Shown here: one piece after another, positions 23,701 through 38,055 of the stretch
How the letters are laid out: each line of letters starts with the position of its first letter
Numbering within the stretch: position 1 is the stretch's first letter
From: Cetorhinus maximus
Lineage: Eukaryota
DNA length: 64,000 bases
Direction of reading: 5' to 3'
NCBI RefSeq assembly: GCF_964194155.1
Contig: NC_135894.1
Span: 20,336,001-20,400,000, forward strand
Program-made: the position numbers and the translations under genes
Notes under the pieces: generated by a model
Told to the model about the DNA's origin: nothing
Seen by the model: only the letters and a program-made list of their open reading frames with translations
The model's database searches: none

Positions 23701-25276
23701 AAAGCTGCTATAGAAGTACCAAGTCTGCCTTTTTTTTCTTTTCTCCAGTACATTCAGATCAGTCATCAGTTGACTTTGTGGTCACAACTTACACTTTTAA
23801 GTCGACAGAAATTTTTTTTTTCCCCTAGGACAGGAACACTTCCCTGTTGATGTACTTTTGTCTTTATGGAGTTACAATTTAATTTAAGTAGCTTTGGTCA
23901 TTGCCCATATTGGGCGTCAGATCCTCCGTAACCAGTTATGGGACTCTCACTGGGTTTTTCCTCCAATAGTGCCCCTTTCTTTCACCCTCTCTCCTGCAAG
24001 CACCGACTGTGCTGGGGTAGAGTTTCCTGGAGACTGGCACATATCTTCTGTTTTATTCAAGTAGCCATTTTTTCATGGTTCGGCTTGAATACCAGCTGAA
24101 CTAAATTCTCTTTTCATTGATCTGTGTGCACTTTCCAGCAATTTAGCAACGGGAAAGAATCACCCAGCTTTGTTTCACTTCTCTTTGATAGCCTATTGCA
24201 GCAATACTGAGAACAAGTTACTCAGCAGGAATCATACCAGGGACCATCTGACTTTTATGACTTATTAATGCAGATTGCAGTGTCTGTGCTAACAAGGCTA
24301 TCAGACAAATAGAGCCTTCGTTATGTTTCCTTGCAACACAACTTTTACTTGCCAGTGCTTCAGTCATTCCCATGTTCTGGAGAGAAGCAGATGATTTCTT
24401 GAAGGTTAATGCTTCAAGAAGCACTCAATTTAACTGAGAAAGACTGAAACATTAGCACTTGATCCTCTTAGACAGGATGACTTCATTCAAGGGCTGCATT
24501 GCATGGACTGAGAGTGTTTGGAACAGAATCTGCCATTCAGATCTAAAAGGTTAAGTGCTTGTTTATTACAGAGAGGCTATTTTGATGATTATGGGGCAGA
24601 ATCAGAGGCATTGTGTGAATCATGTGCAGCTGAGAATACAGCAAAACCTCTGGGCTACTGGTATAGATTATATCCAGAGCTGTATAATATATGTATCACT
24701 GATTTAAGGTCTTCTCTTACGCATGATACTACCCATGGTTTTAAGCAGGTTAGTAGACCAGTAATTGCTTCCTCAACTCCCATTTAAAGGTATACGTGAA
24801 AATGGTCAGTACAATCCCTGAAACTCTTTCGGGAGTACTTGCATAAAAATCAACCATATCCAAGGGTCACATCCAATCACAAGCAATTTGGACGTCAACT
24901 ATCTGTGCTTCAGGCAGTAATCCTACTGTTTTGTCAGGAGATCTAATCAGCAGGCAGCAAAGAAGAAGCTGGATTACGCTTTTTGAGGATAGTGCTAGAT
25001 CTGGTGCTGGCCCCAGATTGCTTTTCTGCACGACATCTCACACAGGTGCAGAATGTAGCAAGAGATTTTCACATCACAGACACAAATGAACACCTCACAA
25101 TCCAACTCGTCTTTGGTGGATGACATTTCCCAGAACTGAATTTAATGACTTCTTTTCAGACCAAGAAGCTGGACACGTTTTTCTGCAGGACTGAAGAGCT
25201 GTAACCCTTGGTGGCATCTTTTCACCTCCTGGACATTATTTCTTGTGTGTTTCCTAAATTTTATCTGGTCCCAAGA

Positions 25277-26600
25277 ATTTACTCCCTTGTTCGAAAAAGG
25301 ATGTAAAGACAAGCCCAGCAACGACAGGCCAGTTGGTTTAACTTCGGCGGTGGAGAAACAATAATTTGGGACAAAATAGATAGTCACATGGACTAATGCA
25401 GATTAATTAGGGAAAGCCAGCATAGATTTTTTGGGGGAAATCATGTTTGATTAACTTGCTGGAGTTTTTTGAATTGGTAACAGAGAATGTGGACGAGGAC
25501 AATGCTGTTGATATGCTATACGTGGACTTCCAAAAAGCATTTGATACAATGACGCGCAACAGACTTGTGAGCAAAGTTATAGCTCATGAAATGAAAGGGA
25601 CAGCAGCAACATGGATAGGAAATTGGCTGAGTGACAAGAAACAGCGAGTAATGGTTAATGGATGCTTTACGGGCTGAAGGAAGGTTTGTAGTGGAGTTCC
25701 CTAGGGGTCAGTGTTGGGGCCTATGCTTTTCTTCATTTATTAGTGACCTGGACCTTGGTGTACAGGGCACAATTTCAAAATTTGTGGATGATACGAAACT
25801 TGGAAGTTTTATGAACTGAGAGTGATAGCGTAGAACTTCAAAAGGACATGGACAAGTAGGTGGAATGGGCAGACAGGTGGCTGATGAAGTTCAATGCAAG
25901 AAATGTGACAATTCATTTTGGTAGGAAGAACATAGAAAGACAAAATAAAACAATGGATGCAACTCTAAAGAGGGTTGCAGGAGCAGAGGGACCTGGGTGT
26001 ATATATGCATAAGTCATGGAAGATGACAGGACAGGTTGAGAGCACAGTTAATAAAGCATACAATTACCTAGGCTTTATCAATAGGTGCAGAGTACAAGAG
26101 CAAGAAGGTTTGTTGAACTTCTTTCAGACATTAGTTTGGCCACAGCTGGATTATTGTGTCCAGTTCTGGGTGCCGCACTTTAGGAAGATGTGAAGGCATT
26201 GGAGAGAGTGCAATAAAGATTCCTGAGCATGGTTCCAGGGATGAGGAACTTCAGTTATGAAGATAGTCCCAATTTCTCCTGTGTTCGTTGGAGAAAAGAC
26301 TGAGGAGATTTGATGGAGATATTCAAAATCATAAGGGGTCTGGACAGTAGATACGGAAAAACTTCCCATTCATGAAAGGATCGACAACAAGAGGGTACAG
26401 GTTTAAAGTAATTGGCAAAAGAGATACAAGAAAACATTTTCACACAGCGAATGGTTAAGGTCTGGAATGCACTGAGAGTTTGTGGAGGCAGGGTTACAGG
26501 GAGATGGCGGGAGAATGACATAAGTGAATTGCTCATTCAGAAATCCAGTGCAGACATGATGGGCTGAATGGCTTCTATCTGCGCTGTAACAATTCTGTGA
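25277..26600 (+). mobile_element. CR1 RT/3' fragment
   Basis: NLLEFFE..YVDFQKAFD, LDYCVQFWVPHFRK motifs; 3' tail. Confidence 0.88.
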
Positions 26601-26721
26601 AAGAAGCATTAATTCTGATAACCTTGCACACCAAGAAAAACTTAGTCAGCTGTAGCAGGTTCAAGCACTATCACAGTCAACCTATGTTTTTCCATATAGT
26701 ATACGACAGTATCTCAAGTTG

Positions 26722-26953
26722 AATAAAAACAGAAAACGCTGTAAAGACTCAACAGGTCTGGCAGCATCTGTGGAGAGAGAAACAGGGTTAATGTTTCGCG
26801 TCTGTATGACTCTTCAGCCCTGAAGAAGAGTCATACGGACTCGAAACCTTAACTTGGTTTCTCTCTCCACAGATGCTGCCAGACCCGCTGAGTTCTTCCA
26901 GCATTTTTGGTTTTTATCTCAGATTTCCAGCACCCACAGTATTTTGTTTTTAT
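26722..26953. mobile_element. Palindromic Penelope-derived mini-element with hammerhead motif
   Basis: Two ~95-nt inverted arms (AAAACAGAAAACGCTG...GCAGCATCTGTGGAGAGAGAAACAG / GTTTCTCTCTCCACAGATGCTGCC...TTTTT) meeting at ~26818; CTGAAGA-A-GAGTC-ATACG-GACTC-GAAAC at 26820-26847. Confidence 0.8.
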
Positions 26954-27365
26954 CTTAAGTCGAATGCTTGTCTCTTTAGAAGAATAAACTGCCAGATAAG
27001 ACTTCCACCTGGTTACATATTAAGATGAATTGGAAGAGATTAGTATCAGATTAATTACTTGAACTCAGTAAACATAGAATCATTCAACAAGATCCATCAG
27101 AATTCATCTGAGCCCATGACAAATATGTGGATACTGTTTTGTTCTTAAATGCATCTTTCTCTTGTTTTGCAGAAACTTGTTTGGAACCTATGTCAATGTG
27201 CAAGCTTAATTTAACTTTCACAAGATTTCAAGACTAACAGAGCTCCTTAGCCCCATCAGTAGTTTAATGGTTATTTAAAAAAAACATTTCAATCTGTACC
27301 TCTTGTCTATACTTACATGCAGTAAATTTGTATCTGTTAAATAATAACTGTTCATTCTTTTCAAG

Positions 27366-27423
27366 GCAACTGCTGTGTATCAAGCCAAAGAGAAGTTAAA
27401 ATCAATAGAGAAGGCAAGAAAAG
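27366..27423 (+). CDS. MED4: MED4 coding exon 4 (58 nt)
   Basis: ATAVYQAKEKLKSIEKARK(G), matching human as recalled; AAG| acceptor and |GTAGAC donor. Confidence 0.96.
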
Positions 27424-28003
27424 GTAGACATTTTTTAGCTAGAAAAAAATCTTTTAATAGTTGCACACAGTTACTCTACTGCTGAGACAATTAAGCATGG
27501 ATCCAATAATAGACTTCCTTTCCAAAGGAAAGTTGGCATGATCATAAATATATTATATGCTTTTTGCTTGGTAGTGAACGCTCTATGCAATTGTGATATC
27601 ACAGTGTTAGTGTTCCAATAGAGTACAGCTAAAACCTGCTCCCTCTTGCTGAGGTATTTCTGATGCCAAACCCTCCTTTGTTTTGATATCAGTGAACACA
27701 ATAATTAAAACTTCCTTCATAGTAAGCTTTTGTAATTCTTCTGAAGGTTGCTTTGTTTTTTTTAAAGTGTATGTATTCACTATACACCAACTGTAATGTA
27801 ATATTTTTCACTTTCATGTGTTTTGGATGACTGGTGCATGGCCGAAATGTGACCAGCTTATCTTCAGTGTTCTGGCTCCTTGTTCAAGTTAATACATGTA
27901 AAGAATTTTCAGATTTTTTTTTAAAAAAAGTGTGGCAGCTGAGTGTTTTTTATATATTTAAGGATCAGGTCAGTAAAGAATTATGGTTCTCTTTTCTTGG
28001 CAG

Positions 28004-28090
28004 GTGCCATCTCATCTGAAGAGCTTATCAAGTACGCACATCGAATAAGCGCCAGTAATGCTGTAGCAGCTCCATTAACATGGGTTCCAG
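28004..28090 (+). CDS. MED4: MED4 coding exon 5 (87 nt)
   Basis: [28 protein letters not shown](G); CAG| acceptor and |GTATGA donor. Confidence 0.97.
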
Positions 28091-31073
28091 GTATGAATCT
28101 AAATATTATTGATCGTGAAGAGCTTTCCTTGACATTGATCTTGGGCTTCAACTGCACTTTCTTGCCCACTCCCTCGATTCCCTGAGACACCAAAAGTCTG
28201 TCTGTTTCAGCCTTAAGTATAGTCAGTGATAGGGCATCCACTACCCTCTGGGGTGGAGATTCCAAAGATTCACAGTCCTTTGAGTGAAGAAATTTTTCCT
28301 CGTCTCAGTCCTAAATAATCGACTCCTTATCCTGAGACTGTGCCCTCCTGTTCTAGATTCCCCAGACAGGAGAAACAACCTCTTTGTGTCTACCCTGTCA
28401 AACTCCTTCAGAATCTTGTTTATTTCAATGAGATCACCCCTCCTCCTTCTAAACTCCAGACAGTATAAGCCCAATTTACTCCACATCTCATCATAGGACA
28501 ATCCTGTCAAACCAGGGACCAATATAGTGAATTGCCTCCAATGCAAGTATATCCTTCCTTAAATATGGAGACCAATACTGTATACAGTATTCCAGGTGTG
28601 GTCTCACCAAAGCTCTGCACAATTACAGCAAGGCTCCTTTATTCCTATATTCCAATTCCCTGGCAATGAAGGCCAACATGCCATGTGCCTTCCTAATTGC
28701 TTGCTGGACCTGTATGCTAACCTCTTGAGTTCCTAGTATGAGTGCATTCAAGTCTCTCTGAATATCAACATTTGCAAGTTTTAAGCCTTTTAAAACATAT
28801 TCTGCTTTTCTATTCTTACTCATTCAAAGCAAATTACCTCGTACTTCCCCCATTATACTTCATCTGCCATCTTGTTGCCCACTCACTTAACCCGTCTATA
28901 TTTCTTTGCCACCTGTGTCCTCCTCACAGCTTACATTTCCACCTAGCTTTGTATCATCAGTAAACTTAGATACATTACTCTGTGTCTAAGTCATTAATAC
29001 AGATTGTAAATAGCTGAGGCCCCAGCACTGATCCTCGTGGCTAGTTACAGCCTGCCAACTTTAAAATGCCTCATTTATGGTTACTCCTTGCATCCTGCCC
29101 ATTAACCAATCCTCTATCCATGCTATTATATTACCCCAAACTCCATGAGCCCGTATCTTGCCTATTAACTTTTTCTGTGGCACCTTATGGAATGCCTTTT
29201 GGAAATCAAAGTATACTACATCTACTGGTTCCCCATTATCTACCCCACCGGTTACATCCTCAAAAACCTCTGATCATACTATGCTTTTCTAAATGCTTTA
29301 AAACTTCCTTAATAATAGATTCCAGCACTTTCTTGATGCTGATGTCAGGCTAACTGGCCTGTAGTTCCCTCTTTTCTATCTCCTTCCTTTCTTGAATACC
29401 GGTGTCACATTTGCTAACTTCCAATCTGCTGGGATTATTCCAGGCTCCAGGGAATTTTGGAAATCATAGCAGAACATTCACTATCTCTTTTAGAACTCCA
29501 GGATGTAGGCCATCAGTTCCTGGTGAATTGTCAGATTTTTGTCCCTTAAGTTTCTCCAATACATTTTCTCTGCTGATCTTAATTTCCTCACTGCTTTTAG
29601 CACCTAGGTTACCCTGTATTATTGGTATGCAACTTGTGTCTTCTACTGTGAAGAAATATTTGTTTAATGTCTCTGCCATTTCCTCATTCCCCCTTAATTT
29701 TTCCTGCTTCTGAGGGACCAATGTTTACTTCAGCTACTCTCTTCCTTTCTATATACTTGTAAAAGCTTATATTCTGCCTTTATATTCATTATTTTCTCTC
29801 TCATTCCAATTTTTCCCCTGTGTATCAATTTTTTGTGGCCCTTTGCTGGTTCCTAGAACACTCCCAATCCTCAGACTGGCTATTATTATTTACAACCTTA
29901 TAAGCCTCTTATTTAAATCTAATTTTATCCTTAACTTTGAGTAAGCCACAGATGGATCTTTCTTGCTGAGCTTTTGTTTTTCAAAAGTATGCATTTTTAT
30001 TGAACATTTTGAATTGTTTCTTTAAATGTTTCTCTCTGTTTATTTGTGGCCATATCTTTATGTTTACCCAATCAAGCTTAGCCAGTTCTATCCTCATACC
30101 GATATAATTGGCTTTAAGATTCAGACTTAACATGGAATTCAATTTTATTATGATCACTAGTTACAAGCAGATCTTTTACAATTACATTACTTATTAACCC
30201 TGCCTCATTACATAATACTAGATGTAAAATAACTTTATCCGCAGTCGGTTCCACAACATATTGCTCCAGGAAAATGTCACAAAATCATTCTGTAAACTCA
30301 TCTTCTAAAGCACCCTTGCCAACTTGATTGGTCCAATCTACATGAAGATTAAAGTCCCCCACAATTATTACGTTATCTTTGTTACACACTCCAATAATTT
30401 GTTTAATGTTATTTCCAGGACTTCAATCGCTAACGCATAATTACTATTAAACTCTGTCCCTCCCTGTCCTACCCTGCTTGTTTTTACCTGCATCTCTACA
30501 CTGTTCTGTTGCTTCAGCTTTTCTCTTTGGATTTGTAAATCTTCACCCGAACTCTTTCTCCCCCATTAGTTTAAAGCCCTATACATAGCCGTAGTTATAC
30601 AAATCACAAAAACACTGGTACCAGCCCAGTTTAAATGGAGCCTATCCCAATGGAACAGCTCTTTCCTGTGTACTGGTGCCTGTGCATCAAAACCCTTTCT
30701 TCCCACACCATTCTGAGCCATGTGTTTATTTCTTTAATCTGTTTGACCCTATGCCAATGACACGTGGCTCAGATAACAATCCAGGATATGATTACCTTTG
30801 ATGTTCTGCATTTTAATTTGGACCCTAACTCTTCAAACTCAGCAGAGCTTCATTCCTAGTCTTATGTTGTTGTGGAACCAACAACTAGATCCTCCCTCTC
30901 CCACTGCAGGTTCGTGTCCAGCTGCGAGGCCTGGGACTGGGTAAGCAACATAATCTTAGGAGCTCCCTGTCGTTACTGCAGAGAAGAATGTCTGTCCCCC
31001 TGATTTTACTCAAATGAATACAAAGTACTGGAAAAATTCAGCAGTTCAGCAGCATCTGTGGAGAGAGAATCAG

Positions 31074-31113
31074 AGTTAACATTTCAAGTCCAATATGACT
31101 CTTCTTCAGAACT
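31074..31113 (-). ncRNA. Minimal type-I hammerhead ribozyme motif in a Penelope terminal-repeat fragment (~31020-31115)
   Basis: Minus strand: AGTT CTGAAGA A GAGTC ATATTG GACTT GAAAT GTT AACT = stem I, core, stem II, GAAA, NUH, stem I'. Confidence 0.6.
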
Positions 31114-31140
31114 GGCATTCTGTCCCCTGATTATGTGGTC

Positions 31141-31262
31141 CCCTGTCATTACCAGGTTTCTTTTTGCTCCCCCCACTTGTCCCCTGTCACTACCATGTTC
31201 CTTTTTGCTCCCCCCACTTGTCCCTTGTCACTACCATGTTCCTTTTTGCTCCCCTCACTTGA
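31141..31262. repeat. 41-bp tandem repeat x3 inside the CR1 ORF1 region
   Basis: Unit CCCTGTCACTACCATGTTCCTTTTTGCTCCCCCCACTTGTC. Confidence 0.85.
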
Positions 31263-34220
31263 ATGGCATCCTGCAACATGGTGCCACGGTCAGTTTGCTC
31301 ATCCACACAGATGGCAAGCACTTTGTACCTGTTTATAAAAATCAAAAGCTGAGGCTCCTCCATCACTACCTGCTTTATCCTTATGCCTGACTCGGAGTCT
31401 CAACCTCCTGTCCCTGACCATTGACCACCTCTAAAATTCTGCCTAGCCTAAGAGTTGTGACTGCCTCCTGGACCAATTAGGTAATCTTCCTCCCTTACTG
31501 ATGCTCTGCAATGTCTGCAACTCAGAGTCCAGCTCAGCAACTGAATGCACTGCCTGGGAGAGTGGTGGAGGCGGGTTGCCTCACATCCTTTAAAAAGTAC
31601 CTGGATGAGCACTTAGCACGTCATAACATTCAAGGCTATGGGCCAAGTGCTGGTAAATGGGATTAGGTAGGTAGGTCAGGTGTTTCTCACGTGTGGGTAC
31701 AGACTCGATGGGCCTCTTCTGCACTCTGTGATTCTGTGAAATCTGAGCCAAAGTTGCTCAAACCACAAACACTTAATTATGGCAAATATGTTTGTCCAGG
31801 ATTGCAATGCATTCCAGATTCTTGCATGTTGCAGTCATTGTACACCAATACCCTGCCATGTCTGTCTAACCATATTGATTGTAATAAGTCAATTAGTTAT
31901 TAATTTACACAGCTAAAGTAATAGCAAGTCTCCTAGCCTGGAGACAAAAAAAATACTCACCAACTATTGGAGGCTGAAAAAGGAGCACCCTCTGCATAAA
32001 ATTCCTGACTTAGCACTAGTTCCTTGACGCTCCCAGACCTCTTCATCTCACTTGGTGCTTCTGCTCTGTGCTGTAGCAAACAAAACCTGTCTGTTTTTAT
32101 AGAGGGCTAATGACTCATAGCCAAGTTGCAACTACTAAGTGAGCTTCCTGCTACAGTAATTAACAGCTATTCAGGCCAACACCTTCAGTTATTTGACCAA
32201 TAACTGCCACTACCAGGCATCTTCTGTTAAACTAGGTTTATTAACTATTTAAAATAGTGCCATTTAGCTGATTTTGCCTCACCCCATATCTTGGCAAGGT
32301 GCACCACTTTGCAGTTCTCCGCTTTAGATTTGGTGGGCCATGGAGTCTGTTGTTCTCCATCTTGTTTGCTGTGTTTTGTATCAACTGCAGGATTTGGAGT
32401 TGTGCCCTGTGTTCAGCTCCAGGTCAGTAGTTTGGCAGGGGAGCGATATTCTTTGTGCTGGCCCCGAGGGAGCATAGTTGTGTATGTCACTCCAGCCTGA
32501 ATCTGCAGCTTGCTGATTCATTGGATGCTCCATCTGTTGAATCCCTCATTATGTCTGGTTTTAAACTCTAACCCAGTTACACAAGAATAATTCCTAAACA
32601 ATCAGGAAAGAAGTAATTTTATATTCAGAAGATGTAGTGCTGGTTCTATGCTGCTTACACCAGTACAGGCTGATTGCTGTTAGTTTGAATGGTGCATCCT
32701 CACTGTCTGACATTCACCTGGTGAATTCCAAGTTCAGGTAGGAGGAAGAGTGAAGCAGAGGAAGAATCTATTCCAATTCTAGTTACCTCAGTAACCAATG
32801 ATTGGAAGATGTGTCTGCTACATGCTTAAAGTACTTGCATCATCTAGCTGTTAATTACATACCCAGCCAAAGAAATTCTTTGTTCAATCTACAAATTTCA
32901 ATCAGATTGCAACCAGGACAACTGGGGATGATAAAGTTAATAGGTCACTTAGAGTTTGTGGCTGGGCCAAAATCAATGGCTTTGATCTTCAGTCTTTAAC
33001 TGGAGGAAATTGTGACCCATCTACGACTGGGGTGTCAGAGAGTCAGTCTCCGAGCACAGACAGAGAGGTAGAGCTACTGTCTGACCTCTTCTTTGAATGA
33101 TGTCACTGAGAGGCAGCATGTGGATAAGTGATCAAATTCTCTAGCTTAGAGGGTTGAGGATGCTACAACGTTGAATACATTTAAGATTAGGATAGACAGA
33201 TTTTGGTGTCTCGGGCAACCTAGTGATATGGGGAGTGAGTAAGAAAATAGAGTTGAAGCCCATGATCATATTGAATGATGAAGCAGGCTAAATGGGCTGT
33301 ATGGTCTTCTCCTTCTGTCTTGTGTCCTTGTGTTTTAAATTTCTAGGTCAGATTCTGACCATTAATCAACATTATAGCTCGAGACAAACTCACCAGAAAT
33401 ATCCCAACTGTGCCAAATTTTCAACTTGGCACTCATTCCTCATTGCACTCAGTCCTTGTTATCTAACTCTGTGCTCCCACTTTGAATCATTAAGTATACT
33501 TAACCATGTTTAATCTGTTAAAATTGTACTATTCCCCCTAAACATGTAGAAGATACTAACCCCGAATGTGTATAATCATCAAATTTCACAACACAGGCCA
33601 TCACACCTGTACCAGCTCTCCGAAGAAGTTGTTCACTTAGTCCCATTTTGCTGCCATTTCCCCATATTCTTTTAAATTTTTTTTCCCCCAGATATTTATT
33701 CACTTTTATCCCTTTGAAAGCTATTATGGATTCTACTTTCACCACTGTTTCTGGTATGGCATCCGTCTCCTTAAAACTCTTGTGTTCAAAAGTAAATAAT
33801 TCTCTAAATGTTTCCTTTAATTGTTTATGATCTTAAATAACACCGCCCCCCCCCCAAACAGTTACCAACTCAATGACCTGTGGAAATAGATTTTCCCAAT
33901 TTACTTATTAAAATATCTCATTCAATTCTAACATGTTCTGTGACTGTGTTCCTCTGTGAATGCAAATTATTTAAAATAAGGATTGCTTGATTCCTCAAAA
34001 AGTAAAAAGTGAGGAGAGTATTGTGATTTCAGTACTATCACATTTCTGGTATTTGTAAATAGCATTTTTTAAAAATCAGCTGTGTTCCAATTTCCAATGT
34101 GTTCTCCTGTTTATGGGAAGCTGCTATTCACAATGAATTATATGGGGGAAGGGAACAAGAAAGTTTACTTCACAGTAACAATTACACTGAATGATTCTGA
34201 ACATTATATATTTGATTCAG

Positions 34221-34352
34221 GTGATCCACGAAGACCTTACCCTACTGATCTGGAAATGAGGAGTGGTCTTTTGGGACAGCAAAGTAATCTTTCTACCAAT
34301 GGGGTGAATGGACATTTACCTGGGGATGCATTGGCTGCAGGCAGATTACCAG
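34221..34352 (+). CDS. MED4: MED4 coding exon 6 (132 nt)
   Basis: [43 protein letters not shown]; CAG| acceptor and |GTAAAA donor. Confidence 0.97.
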
Positions 34353-35763
34353 GTAAAAGCTGTCAGCAATTTTTAAAATTAAAACTTGTGTAAGACAAAC
34401 TATAACTCGACGTTGGAAGCTAGTGGTGTTGACTATAAAGTGACACTTCGGCCATTAGAATTTCTGGTTAGTTTACTTTGTGTCACTCTTTAAGCAATGA
34501 TTAAAGTCTTTTGGCAGGTTTCATCTCGTTCTGACTCAGTTGCTGAAGACAGTGTCATTGAGCCATTCGGATTCAGATTCCACTCAATGCTGCATTAGAT
34601 AATCGCAGCAGAGGTGTGATAGGAGTGCTACAATTGGCCTCGATCTCTAGGTTAAAGAGGGGAATGTCCATTCGGGTTATAATTGCTGTACAGTAGAAAT
34701 TGTATTTGCATGACCATGGGAATGGGTTTGAGTCTGCTGCCCATCATGGTTAATATGCCGATACTTACTTTAGACTCTCTTGATTGGCCAGTTAGACAAG
34801 GTATTAGAGACTGAACAGCACTGTATCTCAGCAGGAATCTGACATCCTCAGGAGGGAAGAGAAAATGGTAAAGTACATTAAATTGAAAGCAAAAAAAAAA
34901 ATAATGATTTTGTCACAAGTTGAAGCTAAACTTTCAACAGCTGATTTGTAGTAAACTTGGACAAATCATAATATGTACAGATTGCTTTTAATAAAAGAAA
35001 AATAAGAATACTTTTGTTTTTACAAGTTATTGATGACAAGGATAAGTACTTGAGGTAGGCCATCTGGGCCATTTCACCCATCCTGTTGTAGAAATCTACA
35101 ATTTCTTCTTCTCTCTCCTCATTCCCTCATCGTCAGAGTAGCCAGTTTCTCTTGAATGACTCATGTTTCTGCCTCCTTTCCCCTAACTGGAAATCTTATT
35201 GCGATTGAATCATTTGAAATCCAACATAATGTGACATTTAAAGTTCCAGGTTTACACAAAGATAGTTGTTTTCTAACATATGTATAGTGTATATGGATTG
35301 CGTTTATATTTTGATCTTTTATACATCTATTTCAATTCAGAGCAGCATAGCTTGTGATTTTGTGATAGAATTTAGTACTATTTTAAGTTGAGACACTGTC
35401 CAAGGTTCTGCACTTTAATATTCTTGGAAGGGAAAATAATTTGATAAAGAATTTGAAATAGTGTTACAAAGCTAAATATATATAAATAGGCAAGAATGGA
35501 TCATCTCAGGTTTTTTTTGGAGAAGGGGCCAGGGGCACGAGAGGGGTTGGGTGTTCAGTATAAAGATTTATTCTGTAAATGAGCCTTTGGGCTGCTATTG
35601 TTTTTGTTCCAGCAGCAAGAGTTTAACTCAAAGCACAACTGAAACTGTAACAAAGCCACATTATCGGTTTCAGAGGCATCTTGAATTAAGCTTTAAGAGA
35701 CCAGTATTGTTATGATTTTGGAGAAAATACAAATGTGCTTTATGAAAACTTTCTGTATTTCAG

Positions 35764-35936
35764 ATGTACTTGCACCTCAGTACCCATGGCAGTCAAATGA
35801 CATGTCCCTCAACCTATTGCCTCCAAACCACAGCAATGATTTTATGCTGGAGCCTCCTGGACATAACAAAGAGAATGAAGATGATGTGGAAGTTATGTCA
35901 ACTGATTCTTCAAGCAGTAGTAGTGACTCTGACTGA
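35764..35936 (+). CDS. MED4: MED4 last coding exon; joined CDS is 759 nt = 252 aa + stop
   Basis: [56 protein letters not shown]; all intron phases are consistent. Confidence 0.97.
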
Positions 35937-36343
35937 AACGAAGAGAACATGTCTTTTTTAGTTCAATGTTTGGACTTATGGCATTGGAAAATCTTTTTGT
36001 TTCTCCCACTGCCTACTCCTTCCCATCTAATACTGATGATGCTGACCTGGTACGGGTACATCAAGAAAATGTATTTTGACAAGCATTGCAATAAGATAGG
36101 TAAAGTTCTGCTTAAAAGACATCTTTCCCCCAGTGTTGAATTCACTGTCCAATGTGAATATATAGTAAGAAACCAGGCATTAATTTATTCTACAGACCTT
36201 CATACCCAATACAAAAGTCCAAATAATTGATTTATGGTTTGACATTACTATTTAACATTTTCCCTACAGACTATTTTAATTGCATAACAATGCAGCAAGG
36301 AGAACTGAAAAAAATGGTAATTTACAACAGGAAAGTACTGTAC

Positions 36344-37057
36344 AATAAAAACAAGAGCTGCAACGAATGCATGTTACTGAGAATTAAAAACATTTTCATA
36401 AAGCAACAGTTTAAGCTGGTGATAACGTGAGGTAAAGGAAACCATAACCTTTTCAAGAGGAGAGGTTTACAATGACATAATTCCTGAAGTGGACTGGCAG
36501 TTTTAGATCTGCCTTTTTGCCTCTGTTTGGCACTTGAAACCCAAACCCAGTTTGATGACATAGAAATCTGCTCCATATACATGCTCCAATCACCCTCGGT
36601 GAAATTAGTTGGGGCTATCATAATGGCTATAGGTACAAGAATAAAACTAGCTGTAATTTGATACTTCGGCACTGAAGCACAAAAGGTCATTGTCATGGAT
36701 ATTGAAGGAGGTAGGAGAATTTGCATCTGCTGCAACAAGAATTATTGTTCTGAGGTTTTGTTAAAGCACACTATTGAGATAGGGTGGATGGAACTGTACT
36801 TTGTATCTTGGTGTGTCATGCCTGCCTGACATTGAATGATTGTTGCCAGCAGATGCCTAAAATGTTTATTGACCTCATCTACCTTCTCAAATTGACATCG
36901 ATAAGCTCCAAAAAGACTTTATTAAAGGCAATTAGACGGATTATTTCATTGTGACATTAAAATGATCTTTCTACAATAACAAAAACTAAAACAGTTGTAA
37001 ACATTGTTTGAGATGTACATTTCATAGTATAACTGTGATTTCTATATTGTAAATAAA
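36344..37057 (+). terminator. Candidate MED4 polyadenylation signals (AATAAA at 36344, 36640, 37052)
   Basis: Hexamers in AT-rich, apparently repeat-free sequence downstream of the stop; which one is used cannot be determined. Confidence 0.45.
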
Positions 37058-37522
37058 AATAGAAAACTGTCTTTTATATTATCAGCAAGGAATATTCTCC
37101 ATCTACTTACTTGCAGGGTATTTTTCTGATCATTTGTTAATGCACAATAGCCCCACAGTTCCAAATCTCATTTAAGCGAAATCAAAATTGATGAATGCCA
37201 GTTATATTTCCTGACTGCATGCAATGTTGTAGGTGAGATTCATTTTTGCTGAGCTCTTATTTGCTGTCAGTGGCATGCAAGTTAACAATAGCTTGCTGTA
37301 AAACATCAAAGTGCTTCACAGCGTGATAAGCCAAAGGAGCAGACATTAGGACAGGTAACCAAAACCTCAGTCAAAGTAGTATATTTTAAGGAGAAGTGGT
37401 TTAGGGACGAAATTAGAATTTCATGTCTAGACAGCTGAAGACACGGTGCTCAATGGTTGGGCAAAAGAAGTCATGGGTGCACAAGAGGCCAGAATTAGAG
37501 AAACGCAGAATTCATAGAGGGA

Positions 37523-38055
37523 TAACAAAAGCAAAATACTGCAGATGCTGGAAATCTGAAATAAAAACAAAGTGCTGAAAATATTCAGCTGGTCTGGGTA
37601 GCATCTGTGGAAGCAGAAACAGAGTTAACATTTCAAATCAAATATGACCCTTCAGAACTAAAGGAAGGTAGAAGGGCGATGGGTTTTATGCTGTTGAAAT
37701 GGGGGGGGGCGGTGAGGAAGAACAATAGAGAAGGTCTAGGATAGGGTAGATGGCAGGAAAGATTAAATGACAAAGATGTCATGGAACAAAAGGAAAAGGG
37801 AGTGGTAATGGTTATAGTAAAGAAATGAAGCATTTGTCCAGAATGTGAATGTTCGAATAATGGACAGCTGTCCTAAATCAAAAACATGAAAAACAAGATT
37901 CAAACCATCCCATGGCAAAAAAAGAATCAAAATGGAGGTGGAGTTCATGGTTTGAAATTGAGTCCAGAAGGCTGTAAAGTGCCTAATCAGAAGGTCAAAC
38001 ATTAACTGTCTCTCTCTCCGCAGATGGTGCCAGAGTTGCTGAGTAATTCCATTGG
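37523..38055 (-). mobile_element. Penelope-like terminal-repeat fragment with a short inverted arm
   Basis: Same AAAAGCAAAATACTGCAGATGCTGGAAATCTGAAATAAAAAC terminus as the element at 54603; degenerate hammerhead motif at ~37622-37660; inverted arm at 38000-38050. Confidence 0.75.

Larger units (their letters stand above)
28135..32100 (-). mobile_element. Near full-length degenerate CR1 including ORF1 (SGNH/GDSL esterase remnant)
   Basis: RT/APE remnants at 28135-30450; minus strand at ~30620-30820 gives SKVI..LLSEPR..FHWDRLHLNWAG (esterase-like DxLH motif of CR1 ORF1); contains secondary insertions. Confidence 0.75.

Noticed and set aside
34437-34490. Hairpin AGTGACAC...GTGTCACT after MED4 exon 6 as a miRNA or snoRNA
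   Set aside because: Only an 8-bp outer stem is evident, with weak inner pairing and no clear C/D or H/ACA boxes.
35934-35936. MED4 TGA as a selenocysteine or readthrough codon
   Set aside because: It coincides with the normal C-terminus of vertebrate MED4 (SSSSSDSD*), and no SECIS-like element was recognised.
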